NCBI RefSeq assembly: GCF_006345805.1
Contig: NC_043000.1
Coordinates: 93,868,001-93,932,000 of the forward strand
Origin: Octopus sinensis
Lineage: Eukaryota
DNA length: 64,000 bases
Reading direction: 5' to 3'
Below the pieces are notes generated by a model. It saw only the letters and a list, made by a program, of their open reading frames with translations. It was not told the DNA's origin and made no database searches. Position numbers and translations under genes: made by a program. This document shows positions 26,161-38,287 of this stretch, in pieces (the first letter of the stretch is position 1; each line of letters starts with the position of its first letter).

Positions 26161-26342
26161 TCTACCATAAGAACAAGGCCTAAAATTTGATAGGAAGGTG
26201 TAAAAACCAGTCGATTACATCGACTCGGAAAGGATGAAAGGCATAGTCGATATCAGCGGAATTTGAACTTAGAATATAAAAACCGGAAGAAATGCTGCTA
26301 AGCATTTTGTCAGGCGTGTTAACAATTCTGCCAGCTCACCTT
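26161..26342 (-). mobile_element. SINE B with a 16-bp TSD (1 mismatch)
   Basis: TATTATATACTTTAAT at 26139-26154 and TATTATGTACTTTAAT at 26342-26357. Confidence 0.8.
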
Positions 26343-27635
26343 ATTATGTACTTTAATACCCTCTGTATTTTCTTAACCCCAATTCAAGATCAACTGCCCT
26401 AATGTATCATTTTCAACAACCAGTCAACTCTTGCTTCATGATTCCACTGAATTTTCTTGCAATTTACTTAATGGCATTCACATTTGTGTCGTTACATCAC
26501 CTACGGCTGTATAATCATTATTAACATTTATTTAACTATCCTACACATACACAAGAGAAAAGAGAGAAAAACAACAACAACAACAGCAACCGAACCTCTT
26601 CTTTAATTTACATCTTTCTACGTGACCGCTCGTTTCACTTTAGACCGTCATCTTTTTAGCTTTCCCTGCAATTTTACGTCTTTCTACCATCGGCAATTTT
26701 TGTTATACTGTTTGTTGAATCATACATAACTCCCCCTCCTTCTCCTCCTATTCCTTTTCCTCCTCCTCCTCAAATTGTATTATTTAATTCTATAACTACA
26801 TCACCGCCATTAACTGCTCGTTTACAAACATCACACTGCGTTGGTAGAGCCTCTTCATGCATCACTCATGTTCCCATCTCATGCACTTTTGCTGACTTCA
26901 TTTCTTGCTCATCCCACCTCGCTCATTATTTACTACTTCTAAACCATGTGCTGTATCTGTTGGTTTATTTTTCACCCTCTATTACTCCCTATAAAGCTTC
27001 ACTTCATCATTTAATCTCTTGTTCTCCCTTCTTATTCTACTTCCATTTTGTAACATTTTATTTTTTTTTCTATTTTATACGTTAATTCTTCTCTCTTCTG
27101 GTTTCTGACTAGCAAACCCCTTTGCTTTAATTAATTGTACTTCTCGCCAAATACAGCTTTAGATAAACACTTACATCTTGTCTAACAGCCCCATTGCTAG
27201 TAGTTTATAACGACGCTAACTTAATTAAATACGTCAGCATGACTTTCAGGGGAGTTTGTATAGCATTAGTGATAACTATTGTGATTTATTTTTTCTTTAA
27301 TTTTTTTCCTTCTCTCGCACATGATTCTTTTTAAAAACGATTTTTTCCTATCCTCAATCCCATTAGACATGCGAAAATTTAATACTTTTTTCCATTCTGA
27401 AGTACAGATCCTATCAGATTGTAACTTCGAAGTCTTAGCTGCAACGAGTTGTCTGATGAGCTGGTGAAACTTCGAATTTATCGCAATTACCATGTGTTTT
27501 TTTACCCCTCCCCATTTCTTCAACTCCCATTTCTCTTCTTCCTCCTCCTCCTCCTCCTTCTCTTCCTCTTCTTCTTCTCCTTCTCTTCTCTTGATAACAA
27601 AAACAACAACAACAACAATAATAATAATAGTAGAT

Positions 27636-28047
27636 CCTTCTACTAGAAGCATAAGGCCTGACATTTTGGAGAAGGGGCTAGTCGATTACTGTGGCCCCAG
27701 TGCTCAACTGCTACTTCTTTTATCGACTTCGAAAACATGGAAGGTAAAGTCGAGCCCGGCAGTATTCGAACTCGGAAAAGCCGCAAAGCATTTTTTTTTT
27801 CTGGCGCAGTAAGGATTTTGCCAGCTCTCCGTCTTAATTGCTCCAAAGTTTGGCACAACTGTTGCAACTTTTTGATTGGGGGTTCATCGATTTTACTGAC
27901 CCCAGTACTTGACTCAAAAGGAGGAAAGATAAATTTGACTCCAGCGGCAATTGAATTCAGAAACTATATGAGTCGTAAGAAATGCCGCTTATCATTTTGT
28001 ATGATGTGCTAGCGATCTTTCTTTAATAACATCACCATCTTTAATAA

Positions 28048-28102
<55 letters not shown>

Positions 28103-28127
28103 GATGCTGCTGCTGCTACTGCTGCTG

Positions 28128-28176
<49 letters not shown>

Positions 28177-28345
28177 AATAGTAACAATCCTTTCTGCCAA
28201 AGACAAGACCTGACATTTTGTGGGAAGGGGCTTGTCGATCACATCGACCCCAGTGTATCACTGGTACTTAATTTGTCAACCTCGAAAGGATGAAAGGCAA
28301 AGCCGACCTCGCTGGAATTTGGACTCAGAATGTAAAGACGGACTA
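27636..28345 (-). mobile_element. Cluster of three diverged SINE B copies (27636-27835, ~27880-28015, 28185-28345) with (TAC)n 28050-28176
   Basis: Homology to the family B body and standard tail. Confidence 0.75.
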
Positions 28346-28355
28346 ATATATATAT

Positions 28356-28389
<34 letters not shown>

Positions 28390-28892
28390 AACTTAATTTT
28401 TTTTTATATAACTAACCAAAAAGTATAAAAAAGTTCAATATAATATAAGTAAAAACACTACGTACATTTCATGGCTATAATTCAATTCGAATCACAATTA
28501 AGTTTAAATTCGATTGAAAATTCGAATTAAAATTATAGTCAATCTTCAGGTTAATGATAATAGTTAAATAAATAAGCAAATAGAGTTAAACAATATTTTT
28601 AAAGTAAAAAATAAAATAATAATTTTTCTTATAAAGAAAACTCTATTATCTAAATTAGAAACTTAAAACATTAGGATTATGTCATACAATCTAAAAATTA
28701 AAAAAATTAAAAAATTAAAAAATATAACTTTAAAAATATAAAATTTTAATAATTTAAATTTTAAATTTTATATTTTATATATATATATTATATATTATAT
28801 TAATTATATTTATTTTTTGTTTTTTTATGTTTTGGTTTATGTCTATCTCTGTTTGAGTGCCTAATAGGGTTTTATCTCAAATTTTATATATA

Positions 28893-28923
<31 letters not shown>

Positions 28924-28934
28924 CATATAGGTGA

Positions 28935-29270
28935 ATGACCTCTAAGTGGACATCCATTATGCTAGAAGTCACCCCCTATGGTCTTACCAATAAGGGTTTG
29001 TGATTAATCTGTATAATTTGTATCTTTTCATTTGTCTTGCTTTGTTACGTTCTGGCGTTTGCTAAATTTTCTTGAGAACATTCCTTCCTTAGTGGTAAGA
29101 CCATAGAGGGCCGACTTCTAGCATAATGGATGTCCACTTAGTGGTCATCCCTCTTATATGTATGCAATATAATTTTTCTGAATCTTCAGATTTTTCAATA
29201 TGCTACACTACTGGTTTTAAATTGATATTAATGAAATTAACATTCAATTTTTCACCCTTATTATTTTATA
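28935..29270 (+). mobile_element. Internally deleted copy of the 51.2-kb palindromic PLE-like element
   Basis: Arms 28935-28995 / 29087-29148 plus the shared tail ...CTGGTTTTAAATTGATATT...TTCACCCTTA. Confidence 0.85.
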
Positions 29271-29659
29271 TATATATATACAGAAAAACAAAAGTCGAAG
29301 GCAGGTGTATCAACAAGTAAGTATATTAGTTTGACACCCGGGAAGGTGAGAAAGTCTGTTACGTTTCGAGCCTACGCTCGTCAACAGAAAAGAACACGAG
29401 GAAACAAACACAGAGAAAATAAAAAATAAAAACTTGTGGAGTTACCGGTCAATCATGCCCAACAGCCTTAACCTACGGACACTTCCAGCATGTATTAAAT
29501 CCGAGCGAAAAAGAAAATTATTTAATGAGATAACTCTTAGTATGTCACCTGGCGAGACCCCGTCCACACACCGATGCAGCATGTGTTGAAGCAATCGTTG
29601 TGAGCTATTAAGTTACCCGTCTATTCCATTTCCGTCTCTATCGTTTGTTTGTTGAGCGT

Positions 29660-29940
29660 CGGGCTCATAATTATTAAGTAGTATGACCGGGCTGTGTCAT
29701 TATTTCACGTTTCTCCAGTTCACTTAGGTGTAGAAATGAATTGCAATGTCTCTGGTGCCAATCTGTATCAGCCTCTGCCTTTCCTTTGAACATTATCGGC
29801 GGCGTGGAGAGCGGAAGCTGATATGCATCGGCGATTGCTGGTTTTCTATAAAAACATAAAACAGCCTTGCCCAGACTTGTGCTTCGGAGAGTAACTTTCT
29901 AGGTGCTATCTCATGAACGTTCATAACTGAAGGTTTTTTT
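29660..29940 (+). mobile_element. Probable SINE (family E)
   Basis: ...CTTGCCCAGACTTGTGCTTCGGAGAGTAACTTTCTAGGTGC tail-like motif; single copy here, assignment from recollection. Confidence 0.4.
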
Positions 29941-30129
29941 ATATATATACACGGCTTATAAATTCGTTTATGGTAACGTTAAAGGTTTGCAAATAAAGCT
30001 TCCGTAGAAACGCGCGTAGCGATGCATCAAACATTTATAAATTCCTTCCAAGTATGATCGTTATTACATGTTCATGTGTGCATGTGTGTGTGTGTGTGTA
30101 TGTGTATATATATATATATATATATGCGT

Positions 30130-30950
30130 ACGCATACGCTCCGCAGGCACCTCGCTCTTGGAACCGACAAGACCTCCCGCCCGTTCCTGGGACCGTCGCG
30201 TGTCGTTGGGTTTTCCCACGCCCGCCTCCGCGTTACCACTCTTCCATCTTCCCCTCAGCTGGAGTCCTTTTTCCTTAACCCCCCCCCCTTTTTCGTTACA
30301 CACACGCGCACACATATACACACATTGCTTAAATATATACATTACCTTACACACATTCAATCTACTCGCCATTTACCACCACGACACTGGGGACACACAC
30401 ACACTACTACTCAACACACGCTGGCACGCTACTACGCCCCCACCCTTCCCCTCCCTCCCTTCCTCCTTCCTTCTTTTTCTTACTACTGACCTTTGTCTGC
30501 TAAGCTGACCACTATCTCGCCCTACCTCACACGCCTACACACAGACGCACACACTAACACACACATATATATTTTTTTGTTTTTTCATCTCGCCTCACAC
30601 ACACACATACACACACGCACACGCACACACTCACACATACACACACATCTGTTGCGTTACCAACCTTGTCTCCACTCTTTTGCCTTTAAAAAACCCACTT
30701 TGCTCTGTTTTTCGTAAACATCCGCCTTTCACATGTGCAACTCGTAAACACCAGTCGTCTTTTTTCCTCTTTCCCTGTTGCCCCTCTGGGATCTTTTTTC
30801 CCCTCTCTTCCTTCTTTATGTTTCCGACGAAGAGCTCCGCTCGAAACGTCATACCCCTGCTTCCTTTCCTGAGCGCCTATTAATAATAATACTGTAATTG
30901 TTCCATTGTTGTTTTTTTTTGTTTCCCGTTTGGATTAAAATTATATATAT
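30130..30950 (+). mobile_element. PLE 3' region with degenerate hammerhead (30834-30850)
   Basis: CCGACGA-A-GAGC-TCC-GCTC-GAAA-CGTC followed by the same downstream tract as 3790 and 49990. Confidence 0.55.
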
Positions 30951-31198
30951 AATATATAATATATACACATACACATGTATGTCTATACACATACACACAT
31001 ATGTATATATATATATATATATATATAGGCATGTATATATTATATCATATATATATTATATATATAATATAATATATAATATATATATATATTATATATA
31101 TGCATGTATATATTTATGTATGTACATATGTATGTATGTACATGTATGTGTGTGTATTTACAATTAAATGAATATTAAACATGGATACCTGTAATAAT

Positions 31199-31404
31199 GG
31201 TTTCAAATTTTGGCAGAAGACCAGAAATTTCAGGGAAGGGTACTAACTGATTTCAGTACTCAACTGGTACTTACTTTATCGACCCCGAAAAGATGAAAGG
31301 CAAAGTTGACCCCGTCGGAATTTGAACTCGGAACGTAAAGACGAACGATAATGCCACTAAGCATTCTACTCGGAGTGCTAACGGTTCTGCCAGTTCACCG
31401 CCTT
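31199..31404 (-). mobile_element. SINE B with a diverged ~17-bp TSD
   Basis: TGGATACCTGTAATAAT at 31182-31198 and TGGATGCCCTGTAATATT at 31405-31422. Confidence 0.85.
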
Positions 31405-31964
31405 TGGATGCCCTGTAATATTCATTCCCTCTTTGACTTATCGCCCTTCATGCTAAAATCACTCTCTGTATTTTGATATTTTCAGAGAATGACAAAATAA
31501 TTACTGGACAAAATATTGATGTATCAATAACTGACTTAAGAAAAAAAAATGACGACTGTCTCTGCGTGACCGCCACCCAATTACTGAAAACAGACATAGA
31601 AAACTCAAAGAGGGTCATACATCGAGAAGAAAAATGAGAGTCGGTCATATCGATCTCGGTACACGACGGTGCAAATGCACTCTTTTGGTGCAATTTGGTG
31701 CAAATGCACTATTATTTATATCACTAGCGGGGAGATAAATTCCCGCCACCTCCAGCTTCGAGACCACTGATTTCGACTTGGTTTGTTCTTGTCAATGATG
31801 GACACTCGAACACTAGAGATAGCAGCAATTCATTCTACCACCAGCGATATATAGAATAACTGCCAGAAGAGGCGACCGAAGGATAGAGATTGCATTCTAA
31901 TACAGAATGCAAAGACATTCCATAGAATTCTGCCAAACCGTTGTCTTGTAATTCAATATTTATA

Positions 31965-32167
31965 GAGCTGGCAGAATCGTTAGCACGCCTGGCGATATGC
32001 TTAGCGGCGTTTCATTCGTCTTTACGTTCTGAGTTCAAATTTCGCCAAGGTCGAGTTTGCCTTTCATCCTTTTGGAGTCGATAAAATCTGTACTAGTAGA
32101 ACACTGGGGTCAATGTAATCGACTTAATCCCTCCCCGATGTTACTGGCCTTGTGCCAAAATTTGAAA
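31965..32167 (+). mobile_element. SINE B with a perfect 12-bp TSD
   Basis: TCAATATTTATA at 31953-31964 and 32168-32179. Confidence 0.92.
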
Positions 32168-32460
32168 TCAATATTTATAAAAGGATTGAGTTTAACGAGT
32201 GACGTTGTTGTTGTTGCTCAATTGCAACTAATTAGGAACTGAAAATGTCTATGATTTAAAACATTCCAGCCGTGGCCATTTAGACTTTTTGTTATGTGAA
32301 GGAAACCCAGGACTACATTTTCTGACGTGACCTCTTTCTTTTTTCTTTCAAGTTTTTACATCTAGTGTATCAAATATATGTATCTTTCCGTTAATGTAAC
32401 ATGCAATGTAAAAGAATTTTAATCCTTTAAAATTCCTTTTTAATATTTGTGTTCTTTCAT

Positions 32461-32891
32461 TTCGTCTGTCATTACGTTCTGTGTTCAAATTCCGCCGAGG
32501 TCGACTTTGCCTTTCATCCTTTCGGGGCCGATAAATTAAGTACCAATTGCGTACTGGGGGTCGATCTAATCGACTGGCTCCCCCACCCCAAAAAAAAATT
32601 TCGGGTCTTGCAGAAAAGAATAGTTTTGAAGGCGGCGAGTTGGCAGGAACGTTAGCACGCCTGGCGAAATGCGTAGCCGTATTTCGTCTGCCGTTACTTT
32701 CTGAGTTCAAATTCCGCCGAGGTCGACTTTGCCTTTCATCCTTTCGGGGTCGATATAATCGACTTAATCCGTTTGTCTGTCCTTGTTTGTCCTCTCTATG
32801 TTTAGCCCCTTGTGGGCAATAAAAAAATAAGAATAGTTTGGTTTGAAAGTCTTTTAATCGTTTACGAAGCTTTGTGCCTAAAACAGAAATG
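32461..32891 (+). mobile_element. Nested SINE B: alternative-tail copy (32631-32828) inside a 5'-truncated standard-tail insertion
   Basis: Outer 19-bp direct repeat at 32442-32460 / 32892-32910; inner 11-bp direct repeat at 32616-32626 / 32829-32839. Confidence 0.88.
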
Positions 32892-33131
32892 AATATTTGT
32901 GTTCTTTCATAATTTTGCGACAAGTGATCTCTGATGTCATTGTCTGTTTATAAAAAGAAATTCGCCTCATTCTACATTGACGACATTTAAGTTAACGATA
33001 ACGAAATCGAGGTTGACGACGTAATCGAGACTGAAGTTGAGGCTGATGATGACAAATTTGAGGTTGACGTTAATGGGTTTGAGGTTGACAATGACGAATT
33101 TTAGGGAGAGCTCTGTAAATATATGTGTGTG

Positions 33132-33162
<31 letters not shown>

Positions 33163-34326
33163 CTATGTGAGTAATAGTAGACTTGCACGTAATATCTGTC
33201 TACCAAATTCCAGCCAGAAGTTATTGGTCTATTCGATGTTATAGTAGAAGGCACTTACTCAAAATTTCCTACTGTAGGATCGATTTTACAACTACGTGGT
33301 TACGCCACGAATTTCTCAATTACACAACCTACGAAGCTCACTGATATCTTTTCTTAATTGTCATTATTAACCGTACTGTGGATATTTGTGGTCGTAAAAC
33401 ATCAGAAACAATCTGACCCACCTCTTTTTCATTATGTAAGTATACGAAAGATAGGCTGACACTGATAATGAGACGCAGATTAGGAAATGAGAGGAACAGA
33501 ATTTTAACGGAAACCACACAACGAAAATTGCGGAAAATATTGGTTTAAAAACCCCCAGAAAAAAGCTAATCACGTGTTCTAACGACAGATATGCTATAAG
33601 AACGACTTGCCTTGACAACCTACTATATCTAGGATGGCAATCTGCTGCTGCCAACTAAAAGACATTGCACTTCTTGGTAAGATGTATTTAGTAGTGTGCA
33701 GGCAGGCATGCGTTGAGGTGGATGAACTGTGGAAATTCCATTCGTGATAATGATCAGATGGATTGGTTAAAGTACATTTTTTCGTAAACTGATCGAAGCA
33801 TGTCAGGTGTAGTCTTTGATAATGGCGAAAGTTAAGCTGTTACATGGAGTAATGTCCACCGGTCATGTCTCTACGTCTCCCTAGTGGCTGAAAATGGGAG
33901 CTTGGGAGGTTCTATAATTTTTTTTGTTTTCTGTTTGCTTTGTTATGTCTTTATTTTGGGTTGTTTTTTGTTTTTGTTTTTTTCATTCTATAATGATGTA
34001 ATGGAGGCAATAGTTGTCAAGGATGAAGGAGATTTGTATTATCGTGTTCCAACGAGACACAGATAAAGAACTATATCGCTCTATCTTTCTGGTTATAGAT
34101 AAAAAGATACATAGAAAGTAATATATAAAGATATATAGATAGGTAGATACATACATACATAAGTAGAGAAAAAGTGAGAAAGAGAGAGAGCGAGAGCGGG
34201 TGAAAGAAACTAAAGAATCAAAGATAGTAATATAAATAGCTAGACAGACACAGATAGGCAGATAGGCAGATAGGCAAACAGACAAGTAGATAGACAGGCA
34301 GACAGATCGCTCGCTCGCTCGATAGA

Positions 34327-35369
34327 TATGTTTCTTTATTAGCCATACAGGGCTGCACACAGATAGAACAAATTACAAGGTAGAGCTTTTCTTTTGAAGG
34401 TATTGAAAAAAAAAAAAAAAAAAAAAAAAAAGGAAGGGGGAGGTTCGATCAAAAGGGATCGTAAAAGGGAGAGAAAGAGGACAAAAATAAGGGGGGGTTA
34501 TAAAAAAAAAAAAAAAAAAGGGGGGAGAGGAAAAAAAAAAATGATCAATAGGGATCGTTATCACAGAAATGTCAATATGAAGTGTAAAGGAGAGGACAGG
34601 TGAGGTTTACCCGTGGAAAGAAAAGCCTACGGAAAAGACCATGGTAACCTCGGTCAATGAAGTCACATTTTATATTTCTTTTTTTTTTTTTTTTTTTGCA
34701 AATAAGCAACTCTCTGTTTTCGATTTCTGGGTTCATAGGACTATGCTCAAGGTGGCTTCGTCATTCATACGTGCCATTCTTGCTACATTCACCCATCTTT
34801 TTTAAAACATTCGCTAGACAAAACTTGCCTCTCTACTCTCACTTTCCTTTTCAAGTGGTACTTGAAGAAGTTGATGAGAGATTGACCAGAGAGGAAAGTG
34901 TTTGTCTCCAATCCTTTCAGACGCGTCCACCAGATACATTTCTTTCGCCATAGCCACAAGGATGATGAAAATAGCTTCCTTCCCGTTTGAAGGAAGGAGG
35001 CGTGACAATATTGACGATAGACTCAGCTGATAAACCGACTCGTCCCACACGTGACAGCAGTTGTTCGACATAAGCCCACAGGTCGGAAACGGAAATTGTT
35101 GGACACTGAACGAGTGCGTGCAGAACGGTTTCGTCGCTCTGACCGCATCTCGGGCAGGTCGGCCCCGTGTTTCTCGAGCCGTGTCTTGTAGAGCTTATCC
35201 CGAACGGGTAGCGCTTCTCGGTAGCACTGCCAGGCCAGGGATCTCTGGAAGTTGTCCATGGGCCCTGGCCCGAAAGTCGTCCCGAACAGGCGGGTCAGGT
35301 ACTCCTCGTCGACGTCCAGGTTCGCCCCGAGCTCGTCGTCGTACCTCCCCTCCACTAAACCCCTATAGA
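34327..35369 (-). mobile_element. 5'-truncated L1/Tx1-clade LINE (ORF2 C-terminus plus 3'UTR)
   Basis: AWQCYREALPVRDKL and TCPRCGQSDETVLHALVQCP (CxxC-x8-H-x4-C); 3' end ...GCAGCCCTGTATGGCTAATAAAGAAACATAT|CTATC; GATA/GACA tracts on both sides. Confidence 0.92.
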
Positions 35370-35417
35370 ATGCTACATAGACAATAGATTATTAGATAGA
35401 GAAATTAATAGACAAAC

Positions 35418-35419
<2 letters not shown>

Positions 35420-35497
<78 letters not shown>

Positions 35498-35670
35498 TGA
35501 CAGATAGACAGATAGATTGATTAATAGATAGATAGGTGTTAGGTAAGTTGACGGTAGATTATTAGATGGAGAGATAAATTAATTGACAGTTAGATAGATA
35601 GATATATAAACAGATAGACAGGCTGGCAGAGTTACAGATAGACAGATGTAAATAGACAGACAGACAGACA

Positions 35671-35718
<48 letters not shown>

Positions 35719-35753
35719 TTAGACAGACAGATAGATAGGTAGGTAGGTAGGTC

Positions 35754-35807
<54 letters not shown>

Positions 35808-35830
35808 CAGACAGAGAGACAGATAGATAT

Positions 35831-35880
<50 letters not shown>
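35420..35880. repeat. (GATA)n/(GACA)n microsatellite
   Basis: Direct reading. Confidence 0.98.
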
Positions 35881-35883
<3 letters not shown>

Positions 35884-36220
35884 AAAGAAAGGAAAGGGTG
35901 CCAATATAGAGTCTGTCAGTGATTTTCATTACTTTCTCTTCAGCGATCTGACAAGACACAAGTTCATTCATTTATGCTCTACTTGACACACAATCATCAA
36001 TGATGCCATATTGAAAAACGATGTGCGTGCACGCATGTGTGAACGTATGTGTGTTTGCGCCTGCGTCTATGATGCGTGTGCTTGTTCCTGCGTGTATGAC
36101 GTGTGCATGTGTGTATGTACGTGTTTGCGGGCGGATGTGTCTGTGATTGCGTCTTTGTATCTGTACGTGTGTGAGTGTATAGGTGTGAGTATATTTGTAT
36201 CTAGGCTTGTGTACGCATGC

Positions 36221-36251
<31 letters not shown>

Positions 36252-36354
36252 GTGTGTGTGTGTGTGTGTTTGTATTCATTGATGCATGAGTATAGTTAGG
36301 TGTTTCTATGCATGTTTCTGTGATGTTTATTATACAACACACAGACACACACAC

Positions 36355-36404
<50 letters not shown>

Positions 36405-36578
36405 CATACATACTTTTGTATGTATGTACGTTTGTTTACCATGTGTGTGCAGGCGGGTTTGTGTGTGTGTATGAGTGTGTATGTGATAGTATCGGCCCTA
36501 TATATATATATATATATAATATATACATGCATAATATATTATATATATATATATGTATAATATATTATAATATTATAA

Positions 36579-36616
<38 letters not shown>

Positions 36617-37148
36617 TATTAATATACATACATATATGGGTGGATGTGTGTGCATGTATGTATATAAATACGCACATTACACTCACACACACATATATAC
36701 ATACATGTTGTTTTATTCTGACGCTACTCAGAGCTTTACGCATGCGTAAAGGTACACGTATACTTGTTTACTAATAAAAAAAAAGAAAGAAATTTGCCTG
36801 AATGAGCATATATAATGTTACATGCACGTGAAACTCTGAGTGGCAAAAGATTGGAGCATTAACTGATTCCTAATAAATAATATACACTCAACGGCGTGTA
36901 TACAATACTACTTGTTTGTCTCTTGTAAACAAAAACGTAGAGAAATGCACCACATACATACATACATAATACATACATACATAAAAAATATATATATATA
37001 TAATATATATATAATATATAGATATATTATATATATATATATATATAAATATCCACCCATCCATGCGTACATAATTGTACGTATATATTGTCACATATGT
37101 ATATACACACACACACCCACAACACACACCACATATGCATATATATAT

Positions 37149-37560
37149 CTCTTATTATAAAAGGCAGATTTTATCTGCCTCCCTTTGGGAGTTATACAAA
37201 TCTACAATATAGGATTTCTTCAATTACAATTACCTAGCAGTTTGAGAGGTACAATGCATCGCGTCATGCCAGGTCCAGTTTTTAAAATTTAAACTCCAAT
37301 TAAGCAAAATTTACAGAAAACTCACATTCTGGTGTGTGTGTCAAATGCTTTTCTTAGTCTGGTTTACACCACACGCAAACGCACACACACAGTGGGCACA
37401 CGATAAAATGAAAGTAAATAGCGACAGAGAGATTTGAGGAAGACTAAAGTGAAAGTATTCTGTCCATGACGCTGATAGATACATGAGTAAAATGTATGGG
37501 AAGCTAAGAGCTAAGAGTGAGTGAAAATGTTCTTGGAAGAGAGTAATTAGTAATAAAGTA
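37149..37560 (+). mobile_element. Possible Helitron-like 5' end
   Basis: A|TCTCTTATTATAAAAGGCAG start resembles Helitron TC 5' termini; runs into the gap and no 3' CTRR end is seen. Confidence 0.3.
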
Positions 37561-37571
37561 AACATACACTC

Positions 37572-37671
37572 NNNNNNNNNNNNNNNNNNNNNNNNNNNNN
37601 NNNNNNNNNNNNNNNNNNNNNNNNNNNNNNNNNNNNNNNNNNNNNNNNNNNNNNNNNNNNNNNNNNNNNNN
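37572..37671. other. Assembly gap (100 N)
   Basis: Run of N; true size unknown. Confidence 1.
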
Positions 37672-38135
37672 ACAAGTGTATTCGGACTGGTAATAACATT
37701 GCAATTTCACTTATCAATGCTTAGCGCAACCCTTCCATAATTTACTTACGGTGAGCCGCCGTATAGCGCTGCCGATTACAGTTTGGGGACTAGAAAGTTA
37801 CGAATACCCTAACCACTAAGCCACGTGCCTTCACTGTTATAAAGATAAACGCTTGTACAATGCAAGCAGCACCCATTAAGTCTCCGTGATTAGAAGCGAG
37901 ATGACCTGTAATCGCGTGAAACCACGTATCGCTCGCCTAGAATGATGCTGTGACAACATCTAGGGGACCCTCACTCCCGGTGGTTTTACTGGTCATCAAA
38001 GGGTATTTCTGCGTCCCTGTGCTCAGACGGCTTACCATACATACATAAATACATTCACACACGGACATGTATACGCTTACACACACACACATACACACAC
38101 ACATACACACACACATACATACATACATACATACA

Positions 38136-38167
<32 letters not shown>

Positions 38168-38287
38168 GTTATCTTTATGTCACAAGGCGAGGATGCTATT
38201 TAAACAAATAATGAATACGGCCCCCGTCGACACCTAATAATAATAAATATTACAATAAAGGCAAAGAAGCCATAACTGTATACAATA

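Noticed and set aside
33633-33676. 44-nt AG/GT-bounded open segment, and similar ones at 6686 and 54341
   Set aside because: Short, with several frames open or a weak donor, and expected by chance; not needed by either gene model
37500-37720. ORF 37504-37710 and any structure spanning the N run
   Set aside because: It crosses an assembly gap of unknown length
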